Shown: positions 25,332 through 32,000 of the stretch, piece after piece
Layout of the letters: every line of letters begins with the position of its first letter
Numbering within the stretch: the stretch's first letter is position 1
From: Ktedonobacterales bacterium
GTDB lineage: Bacteria; Chloroflexota; Ktedonobacteria; Ktedonobacterales; JADMIN01
DNA: 32,000 nt
Assembly: GCA_030167145.1 (NCBI GenBank)
Contig: CP126532.1
Coordinates: 2,910,001-2,942,000, forward strand
Reading direction: 5' to 3'
Translations under genes and position numbers: made by a program
Notes under the pieces: model-generated
Seen by the model: the letters and a program-made list of their open reading frames with translations, nothing else
What the model was told of the DNA's origin: nothing
The model's database searches: none

Positions 25332-27773
25332 ATGATTACAATCACGACGCCGGTGCAGGGACTCAACTTCGCTGGCTGCGCTCGCGCCATCGAGAAGCGG
25401 CTCAGCACGGTTCCGGGCATCGCCAGCGTAGAGGCGAGCTATGTGACGCAGACGGCGACGATCACCTATGACGAGACGCGGCTCGGCGAGGAGCAGGTGC
25501 GCGATCTGGTCAAGGACTGCGGCTTTGGCTGCGGCGAGCCGTTGGAAGCAGCGCAACCTATGATGGCGGGACATGCCGCAATGGCAGGACACACGATGGC
25601 AGAACATGCTGCGACGGCCACGGCTGAGGCAGCGCTGCCTGCGATGGCGCATGCGATGGATCACAGGGACCATGCGGACCACGGGGACCATGCGGACCAC
25701 GGGAACCATGCGGACCATGCGGACCATGGCGGTATGGGTCACGGCATGCACGACATGAGCGATCCGGCGATGGCGCGGGCGATGGAAGCCGACATGCGCC
25801 GCCGCTTCTTCGTCGCGCTGATTCTCACCATTCCGGTGATCCTCTACTCGCCGCTGGGCACGAATCTCTTGCGTATCCATCTGCCCACGCCGTTCGGCAT
25901 CAATGTCAACTGGGTGTTGTTCGTGCTGACCACGCCTATCGTCTGGTGGGCGGGCTGGATTTTTCATGCGGGGGCATGGCGGGCGCTGCGTAACCGCACG
26001 CTGGATATGAACGTGCTGGTGAGCCTGGGCGTGCTGGTCGCCTATTTCTTCAGCGTCTTCGTGACGCTCTTCGGCCACGATGTGGAAACCAGCTACGACG
26101 CCGCCGCGATGCTGGTGACCTTCGTGCTCTTCGGCCACTGGATGGAGATGCGCAGCCGTCGCGGCTCCTCGGATGCGCTCAACGCGCTGCTGCGGCTGGC
26201 GCCGAGCCAGGCGAACATCGTTGACGCCGATGGGCAGATCCGCACCGTGCCGGTGGAGCAGGTGCATGTGGGCGATACGCTGCTGCTGCGCCCCGGCGAG
26301 AAGACGCCGGTGGATGGCGTCGTCACCGAGGGCGCGAGCGCGGTGGACGAGAGCATGATTACCGGCGAGAGCCTGCCGGTGAGCAAGAAGCCAGGGGACG
26401 AGGTGATCGGCGGCACGGTGAATGGTTCAGGGTCGCTGCGCTTCACCGCGACGAAGGTCGGCAGCGAGACGGCGCTGGCGCAGATCGTTGAACTGGTGCG
26501 GACGGCGCAGAACTCCAAAGCGCCCGCGCAGCGGCTGGCGGACCGCGCGGCGGAATGGCTGGTGCTGCTGGCGGTGGGCGCGGGACTGCTGACCTTTACC
26601 GTCTGGTACTTCGTGATCGGTCAATCGGCGCTCTTCGCGCTGACACTGGCGGTGGCGGCGGTGGTAATCGCTTGCCCCGACGCGCTGGGCCTGGCGACGC
26701 CGACGGCTGTCGCCGTGGGTACGGGCATCGGCGCGCGCAAGGGCATCCTCATCAAGAACGCGACGGCGCTGGAGCAGACCTCGCGCATCCAGGCGATCAT
26801 CTTCGACAAGACGGGCACGCTGACCGAGGGCAAGCCAGCCGTAACCGACATCGTGGTCTTCGCGGCGGGCGAGACGGCGGGGATGGATGACGCGGCGCTG
26901 TTGCGCTACGCGGCGGCGGCGGAGACCGATTCGGAGCATCCGCTGGCGCGCACGATTGTCGAAGAAGCGCAGGCACGCCAGCTCGATCCGCTGCCGTACA
27001 GCGACTTCGCGGCGATTGCGGGCGGCGGGGTGCAGGCGGTGGTGGATGGGCGCACGGTGCGGATCGGCACGCCCAAATTGCTCGCGGACCACGGCATTGC
27101 GTTGACGGAGGCCGAACGCGAGCGGCTGACGGCCCTGCAAGCCGAGGGCAAAACGGTGATGGTGGTGGGCATGGACGCCCATGCCGCCGGGCTGATCGCC
27201 GTCGCCGACCGCATTCGCTCCACCTCGCGCGAGGCGATCAGCGCGCTGCAAGCGCAGGGGATACAGGTGGCGATGCTGACCGGCGACAATACGCACACGG
27301 CGGAGGCGGTCGGGCGGACCCTCGGCATCAGCCGCGTCTTCGCGGAGGTGCTGCCCGCCGATAAAGCGCGCTACGTGAAGCAACTGCAAGCCGAAGGGCT
27401 GTTCACGGCGATGGTGGGCGACGGTGTGAACGATGCGCCCGCGCTGGCGCAGGCGGACCTGGGCATTGCCATCGGCGCGGGCACGGGGGTCGCCATCGAG
27501 ACAGCGCAGGTGGTGCTGATGCGCAGCGATCCGCTGGATGTGCTGGCGGCGATACGGCTCTCGCAGGCGACAGTGCGCAAGATGAAGCAGAATCTCGTCT
27601 GGGCCGCCGCGTACAACCTGATCGCCATCCCCATCGCGGCGGGGGTGCTGTATCCGCTGGGCATTCTGCTCAGCCCGGCGGTGAGCGCGCTGGCGATGAG
27701 CGCGTCTTCGATCACGGTGGCCACGAACGCGGTGCTGCTCAAGCGCGTGGAGCCGCATCTGCGCGAGGGGTAG
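25332..27773 (+). CDS. heavy-metal (probably copper) translocating P1B-type ATPase with atypical metal-binding features
   Basis: TGES (ITGESLP), DKTGTLT, SEHPLA and [10 protein letters not shown] motifs are CPD ([13 protein letters not shown]), YN ([10 protein letters not shown]) and MSASS. It has an N-terminal HMA-like fold and a His/Met-rich stretch. I trimmed the start from 25221, which lies inside the palindrome, to the ATG at 25332. Confidence 0.9.
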   Translation: MITITTPVQGLNFAGCARAIEKRLSTVPGIASVEASYVTQTATITYDETRLGEEQVRDLVKDCGFGCGEPLEAAQPMMAGHAAMAGHTMAEHAATATAEAALPAMAHAMDHRDHADHGDHADHGNHADHADHGGMGHGMHDMSDPAMARAMEADMRRRFFVALILTIPVILYSPLGTNLLRIHLPTPFGINVNWVLFVLTTPIVWWAGWIFHAGAWRALRNRTLDMNVLVSLGVLVAYFFSVFVTLFGHDVETSYDAAAMLVTFVLFGHWMEMRSRRGSSDALNALLRLAPSQANIVDADGQIRTVPVEQVHVGDTLLLRPGEKTPVDGVVTEGASAVDESMITGESLPVSKKPGDEVIGGTVNGSGSLRFTATKVGSETALAQIVELVRTAQNSKAPAQRLADRAAEWLVLLAVGAGLLTFTVWYFVIGQSALFALTLAVAAVVIACPDALGLATPTAVAVGTGIGARKGILIKNATALEQTSRIQAIIFDKTGTLTEGKPAVTDIVVFAAGETAGMDDAALLRYAAAAETDSEHPLARTIVEEAQARQLDPLPYSDFAAIAGGGVQAVVDGRTVRIGTPKLLADHGIALTEAERERLTALQAEGKTVMVVGMDAHAAGLIAVADRIRSTSREAISALQAQGIQVAMLTGDNTHTAEAVGRTLGISRVFAEVLPADKARYVKQLQAEGLFTAMVGDGVNDAPALAQADLGIAIGAGTGVAIETAQVVLMRSDPLDVLAAIRLSQATVRKMKQNLVWAAAYNLIAIPIAAGVLYPLGILLSPAVSALAMSASSITVATNAVLLKRVEPHLREG
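25659..25730 (+). repeat. in-frame short tandem repeats encoding (D/N)HA-DHG units
   Basis: GACCATGCGGACCACGGG occurs twice (25668-25703), followed by three 9-nt units (AACCATGCG, GACCATGCG, GACCATGGC). Translation: [24 protein letters not shown]. Confidence 0.85.
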
Positions 27774-27894
27774 CGCGGACGCTGGCGGCTCATACCTTCG
27801 CGCGCCGTACAATATTTCATGGGCGCTTGCCGCGCCCAAATCTCATCGGGAAGCGATGACGCCTCCCATATCGAAAGCAAAGGAGAAGCCGGTT

Positions 27895-28341
27895 ATGGCA
27901 CTGGCGGAACGACGCGCGGAGGTCACCTGGGAAGGCAATCTGACGCAAGGCAAGGGCACGATAGAGAGCGTGGGCAGCGGCGCGCTACAAACGTTGCCGA
28001 TTACATGGGCCTCGCGTGTGGAGAAGTCCGATGGCCGCACCAGCCCGGAGGAGTTGATCGCCGCCGCGCATGCAAGCTGCTACGCGATGGCGTTCTCGAA
28101 TGAACTGAACAAGGGCGGCACGCCGCCGGCGCGGCTACATGTGACGGCGGTCTGCACGCTGGACCGGACCGACGCCGGCCCGACGATCACGGCGATGGCG
28201 CTGGAAGTAACCGGCAGCGTGCCCGGCCTCGATCAGGCGAAATTCACGGAGGCGGCGGAGACGGCGAAGAAAGGCTGTCCCGTCTCGCGGGCGCTGCAAG
28301 GCAATGTGCAGATCACGGTGAACGCGACGCTGGAGGGGTAA
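27895..28341 (+). CDS. osmC: OsmC-family peroxiredoxin
   Basis: ATG lies 8 nt after AGGAGA. Motifs include W.G.....G.G.I......L......W, TSPEELIAAAHASCYAMAF and KKGCPVSRAL, with the two conserved Cys. Confidence 0.88.
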   Translation: MALAERRAEVTWEGNLTQGKGTIESVGSGALQTLPITWASRVEKSDGRTSPEELIAAAHASCYAMAFSNELNKGGTPPARLHVTAVCTLDRTDAGPTITAMALEVTGSVPGLDQAKFTEAAETAKKGCPVSRALQGNVQITVNATLEG

Positions 28342-28377
28342 TAGATACAAATACCTGCCACAATTAGCGCAAACACT

Positions 28378-28407
28378 CAGGCCCACTCCCACCATGGAAT
28401 GGGCCTG
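28378..28407. terminator. hairpin between the convergent osmC and PT-linker genes (possible bidirectional terminator)
   Basis: CAGGCCCA (28378-28385), a 14-nt loop, TGGGCCTG (28400-28407), then CTTTG. The T-run is poor. Confidence 0.3.
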
Positions 28408-28423
28408 CTTTGCCTATGCCGCC

Positions 28424-29068
28424 TCAACACATCGGCACGTTTGGGTCCACCCAGGGGCCATCGGAGAGATTCGTGCAGTTTTGACCATTGTTGCAAAAGT
28501 TATCCGCTGGCGCATAGAACGCGTTGTTCCAGGGGCTGGATGCAATGCGATACCACCAGGGATTGCCATCGGCGACCTTAAATCCGGAGATTGCGCATGT
28601 GACCTGGATAGTCGTGTAAGCGGGCACGGTTTGGCCTTGCGTTCCTCCGGCATTGGTGTAGTTGGTGAAGGTGGGAGAGGTGCTGTTTGCCGTCCTCTCA
28701 TTATAAGGTGGAGGTGGCGGCGGAGTTGTGGGAGTGATGGTCGGCGACGGGGTTGGAGTAGGTGTAGGCGTCGAGGTAGCTGTCGGCGTTGGAGTGGCTG
28801 TCGAACTATGATTGGATGGCGGGCGAGTCGCTGAAGTAACGATCGTGGGGGTATTGTTCTGGCCACTTGGGCTGACTGTAGCTGTTGAATGGCTGCCTTG
28901 TGGCTGCCCACCATGGAATAGGCCAGTGATCGTTACGCCAGTGATCTGAGATAATCCAGCAAGAAAGGCAACAAAGGCAAGTATGGCACCAACAATGATG
29001 CCAATACGTCTGCGTCCAATGGTTCTCTTGGTGCTTGATGAAGTCGTATTGCCTTCATCTTTACTCAT
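28424..29068 (-). CDS. membrane-anchored secreted protein: N-terminal TM, Pro/Thr linker, small 4-Cys C-terminal domain
   Basis: TM helix IGIIVGAILAFVAFLAGL, linker ATPTPTATSTPTPTPTPSPTITPTTPPPPPP, and C-terminal domain VTCAISGFKVADGNPWWYRIASSPWNNAFYAPADNFCNNGQNCTN...PMC, which has a loosely SH3b-like pattern. Codon third positions are visibly A/T-richer than in neighbouring genes. Confidence 0.7.
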   Translation of the reverse strand: MSKDEGNTTSSSTKRTIGRRRIGIIVGAILAFVAFLAGLSQITGVTITGLFHGGQPQGSHSTATVSPSGQNNTPTIVTSATRPPSNHSSTATPTPTATSTPTPTPTPSPTITPTTPPPPPPYNERTANSTSPTFTNYTNAGGTQGQTVPAYTTIQVTCAISGFKVADGNPWWYRIASSPWNNAFYAPADNFCNNGQNCTNLSDGPWVDPNVPMC

Positions 29069-29248
29069 GATCTGCTGTTCCCTTCACTACCCAAATGTGT
29101 GCTGACACGAGGGTTCCGAGAGGTTAACGAGACTAAGACAGAAGGCTTGTATTCGCGCCTCTCAGCCGTTTCTCCTTTGCAATGCTCTTGAGCTTCATCA
29201 GCGAGCAGTATATCTTGGCGGCCAGGCACAACACAAATTTCAACTGTT

Positions 29249-29277
29249 ATTGTAACGATACGAGTCAATTTATGCAA
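29249..29277 (-). promoter_or_regulatory. sigma70-type promoter: TTGCAT, 17-nt spacer, TACAAT
   Basis: On the minus strand, TTGCAT at 29277-29272, a 17-nt spacer, and TACAAT at 29254-29249. This implies a ~170-nt leader before the ATG at 29068. Confidence 0.5.
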
Positions 29278-29331
29278 GGTGGGTGGTATTAGAAATATGG
29301 AAGCTGGTGCGAGCACTATTCTCATGGAAGT

Positions 29332-29364
29332 GGAAAACGCCGCTCGACACAAGTCAGAGCGGCG
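29332..29364 (-). terminator. Rho-independent terminator of the PQQ-dehydrogenase gene
   Basis: On the minus strand: CGCCGCTC, an 11-nt loop, GAGCGGCG, then TTTTCC. It begins 18 nt after the stop codon. Confidence 0.6.
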
Positions 29365-29381
29365 CGCAGCTTGTGTGGCGC

Positions 29382-30581
29382 CTAGCCGCCGTAGCTGATG
29401 CGATAGATGTTCCCGTCCGCGTCGTCGCTGACGTAGAGCGCGCCGTCGGGGCCGACCGCCAGCCCCACAGGACGCCCGCGCACATCGCCGTTGGATTGCA
29501 GCCAACCGGTAACGAAGTCCTGGGCGGGTCCGGCGATCTGGCCTTGCGGGGTGAGCGGGACAAAGACGAGCTTGTAGCCGGTGGGTACACTGCGATTCCA
29601 CGAGCCGTGGAAGGCGACGAAGAGGCCGCGCCACTGCTGGGGGAAGGCGCTCGCGGTGTAGAAGGCCAGGGCCAGCGGCGCGGAGTGCGCCTGCATACGA
29701 ATCAGCGGCTGAATCACGCCGTCGCAGCTTCCCGCTGAGCCGAGGTCGGGGTCAACGATGTTGCCCGCCTGGCAGACCGGCCAGCCGTAGTTGCCGCCAT
29801 CCTGAAGCGCGTAGATGGTTTCGGGCGGCGAGTTGTCGCCCAGGTAGTCGCGGCCCATATCAGTGACCCAGATCTGCTGGTTGAGCGGATTGATCGCCAT
29901 GCCCACAGCGTTGCGCAGCCTCTTCGCATAGAGCCGTCCGCCGCTGCCATCCAGATTCCATACCCAGACGGCGGCGCGATGGGGATCGGTCTCGAAGCAG
30001 TTGTTGCACGACGAGCCGATGGAGACGTAGAGCCGACCATCGGGGCCGATCAGCACGGTGCGGGTGAAGTGGCGTCCGCCGGTGGGCAGGTCGGGCACGA
30101 TCACTTGTTTTCCTGTCACGGTCGTGCCATCGGGGCCGAGCGCGAACCGTGTCACCTGCGAGCCTTCGCCGACGTAGAGCGCGCCCTGATACACGACGAC
30201 ACTGCTAGGCAGATTGAGTCCGCTGGCGACGGTCGTCTTCGCGGTGGCTTTGCCGGTGTGGTTGGGGTCGCGCAGCGCGAGGACGCTGCCGCCGCCCATC
30301 TGCGCGACGTAGAGCGTGCCATCGGGGCCGAAGGTGATGAAGCGCGGCGTCTTCAGGCCGGAGGCGTAGAGCGTGATACGGAATCCGGCTGGCGCATGGA
30401 GGTAGCTCACCGCTGGCTGCGCGGTGCCGCTGGTGGCGCTGGGGCTGCCGCTCGCGCCTGTGGCGGCAGTGGTGGGTGCGCGCGATGTGTCGCCGGTGGG
30501 CGTGCAGGCGGTGGCGAGGAGGAGCAGCGCCAGCGATAGGAACGGCAGTGTATGCGCCTTCGTCCGTGATCGTATGCCCAT
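29382..30581 (-). CDS. PQQ-dependent sugar dehydrogenase (soluble glucose/sorbosone dehydrogenase family), probable lipoprotein
   Basis: Trimmed to the ATG at 30581, with SD AAGGA 6 nt upstream. Signal LSLALLLLATAC. Beta-propeller motifs: PDGTLYVAQ, GRHFTRTVLIGPDGRLYVSIGSSCN, GLRNAVGMA and GRPVGLAVGPDGALYVSDD..GNIYRI. Confidence 0.85.
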   Translation of the reverse strand: MGIRSRTKAHTLPFLSLALLLLATACTPTGDTSRAPTTAATGASGSPSATSGTAQPAVSYLHAPAGFRITLYASGLKTPRFITFGPDGTLYVAQMGGGSVLALRDPNHTGKATAKTTVASGLNLPSSVVVYQGALYVGEGSQVTRFALGPDGTTVTGKQVIVPDLPTGGRHFTRTVLIGPDGRLYVSIGSSCNNCFETDPHRAAVWVWNLDGSGGRLYAKRLRNAVGMAINPLNQQIWVTDMGRDYLGDNSPPETIYALQDGGNYGWPVCQAGNIVDPDLGSAGSCDGVIQPLIRMQAHSAPLALAFYTASAFPQQWRGLFVAFHGSWNRSVPTGYKLVFVPLTPQGQIAGPAQDFVTGWLQSNGDVRGRPVGLAVGPDGALYVSDDADGNIYRISYGG

Positions 30582-30782
30582 GCGCGTTCCTTTCCCTGTA
30601 TCTCCCTGCCTTGTGTTTGCCGGTGCGGTCCGCGATTGTCTCCCCAGTGTAGCCCATGCGTGAGCTTGTGTGCCATGGCCCATGACGTGACGGTCAGGCA
30701 GGGTGTTACCGGCGCTGGTATAGTGTAGAAGAAGCGCCCGACATGGAAAATGTTTCGCCTAGAGAACAGAAATGAGTCGCAT

Positions 30783-31235
30783 ATGTCCGACATTACGCTC
30801 CAGGTTGGCGATCTCGCGCCGGATTTCACACTGCCCGACGAGGACGGTAATCCCGTCGCACTCTCTGGATTCCGTGGCAAGCGCGTGGTGGTCTATTTCT
30901 ATCCAATGGATGATACCCCCGGCTGCACGACGCAAGCCTGCGGCTTCCGCGACGCCTATCCCGAGATTCAGGAGCGTAACGCGGTGGTGCTGGGCATCAG
31001 CCCGGACGGCACGGAATCGCATCTGGCATTCAAGAGCAAGTTCAATCTGCCGTTCAGGCTGCTCGTGGACGCCGATCACGCGGTGGCCGACGCCTATGGC
31101 ACGTGGAACGCCGAGTCGGGGTACATTCGTCGCAGCCACTTCATTGTGGATGAGACGGGCCACCTCGCCGATGTACAGGTGGGCATCAAGGCAAATGACA
31201 GCGTGCAGCGCGCCCTCGACTCGCTGCGCGGGTAG
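30783..31235 (+). CDS. bcp: thioredoxin-dependent thiol peroxidase (Bcp-type peroxiredoxin)
   Basis: VGDLAPDFTLPDEDGNPVALSGFRGKRVVVYFYPMDDTPGCTTQACGFRD is the PxxxTxxC peroxidatic site. The upstream ATG at 30750 is less likely. Confidence 0.9.
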   Translation: MSDITLQVGDLAPDFTLPDEDGNPVALSGFRGKRVVVYFYPMDDTPGCTTQACGFRDAYPEIQERNAVVLGISPDGTESHLAFKSKFNLPFRLLVDADHAVADAYGTWNAESGYIRRSHFIVDETGHLADVQVGIKANDSVQRALDSLRG

Positions 31236-31264
31236 CAATGGCGCGGGTGGGTGAGCGGCGGCAA

Positions 31265-31459
31265 CTACACGTGATGCCGCGCCCACCCTGGCGCATCGCT
31301 CGCTGGGAAAGATTCCTCCGACGCTTGGGTGACCCGGTCCAGCGGCTCGACATCCGCATCCATCGCCGTTTCGGTCCGCTTATCGGCGGCGCGGTCCGCG
31401 CGTATGCCCGTTGGGGGCGGTTCATTATCGGCGGTGTGCTCTCGCGTACGCTCATCCAT
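31265..31459 (-). CDS. small conserved hypothetical protein with an ESFPASDAP motif
   Basis: The C-terminal ...QASEESFPASDAPGW... matches a motif (ESFPASDPP) I recall from a widespread family of small acidic bacterial proteins. The competing plus-strand ORF 31238..31504 is Arg-rich and shadow-like. Confidence 0.5.
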   Translation of the reverse strand: MDERTREHTADNEPPPTGIRADRAADKRTETAMDADVEPLDRVTQASEESFPASDAPGWARHHV

Positions 31460-31569
31460 GCTGCATTACCCCTTCACTCACTGACTCTGCCACGTCCAGT
31501 GTAGCGCGCCCATGACGTTCCTGCCACGGGCACGCTCAGAGGTGAAGCGAATTCGTTATGCCCTCCGCG

Positions 31570-32000
31570 TCATGCGCTGACCCAGGCGATGCCCCAGGGC
31601 GACTGCGCCTCGCCCCAGAGCGACTGCGCCGATTGCGGTGCGGCCAGCGCTATCGCGAGCAGGCCGTGCGCGGGATCGGTGGCGTAGAGCAGCTTGCCAT
31701 TCGCGCTGAGGGCCACACTGGTGAACGCCTCATCGGCGGCATACGCCCGCTGGACGTGCAGATCGCTGGCACGGATCGCCCAGACGCCGCGCAGGCCCGC
31801 CACGTAGAGCGTTTGCCCATCGGGTGAGAGCGCCGCGCCGTGGTAGAGTGTGCGCGCGGCATCGGTTGCCGTTGCGTTTGCCGTCGCGTCGAAGCGATTG
31901 GTCATCTCCACATTGTCTTCATAGATGTTATCGCCGTGCAGGCCGATGGCGGCCACGACACCCAGCGCGCCATTCGCGGCGTAGAGATAGGCGCCATCGG
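31570..32000 (-). CDS. beta-propeller repeat protein (YncE/YVTN-like), C-terminal part; 5' end outside window
   Basis: Repeating S(P)DG..LY(V/A) blades: DGAYLYAANG, SPDGQTLYVAG, SANGKLLYATD. The frame stays open to position 32000; the track start at 31956 is an internal GTG. Confidence 0.65.
   Translation of the reverse strand, partial: DGAYLYAANGALGVVAAIGLHGDNIYEDNVEMTNRFDATANATATDAARTLYHGAALSPDGQTLYVAGLRGVWAIRASDLHVQRAYAADEAFTSVALSANGKLLYATDPAHGLLAIALAAPQSAQSLWGEAQSPWGIAWVSA

Overview
GC-rich chromosomal segment with about 27 protein genes and no rRNA, tRNA, CRISPR array or transposase that I could recognise. PT/PQ-rich linkers, lipoproteins and GTAG-hairpin repeats suggest a Chloroflexota- or Actinobacteria-like organism, but that is inference only. 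Left to right: a Uma2 nuclease fragment; a membrane protein; a NarL-type response regulator plus DUF4118/HisKA_3 kinase; two tandem paralogous CzcA/CusA-like RND pumps separated by a 151-aa lipoprotein; murG; a Cache/HAMP-like membrane sensor with a ~330-aa P/Q/Y-rich tail; eno; an alpha/beta-fold protein lacking the nucleophile Ser; a SAM methyltransferase; an AraC regulator; a 4x41-bp GTAG-hairpin array; azlCD. A minus-strand DNA-damage neighbourhood follows: ybaB, recR, a DinB-like gene, recA, a 63-aa ORF and a ClbS/DfsB-like gene. After a 765-bp feature-dense intergenic region comes an atypical P1B ATPase behind a CsoR-type palindrome, then osmC, a low-GC PT-linker protein, a PQQ sugar dehydrogenase lipoprotein, bcp, a small ESFPASDAP-motif ORF and a truncated beta-propeller gene. 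The best candidate for a new system is the RND / mini-adaptor lipoprotein / RND module. The lipoprotein looks like a membrane-fusion protein reduced to its membrane-proximal domain, and no outer-membrane factor gene is nearby. Also notable are two REP-like families with the RAYT-type GTAG signature (one pair differs only by an inverted loop), and an ATPase with CPD in place of CPC/CPH. All calls come from reading the sequence and recalling family motifs; no database search was possible.
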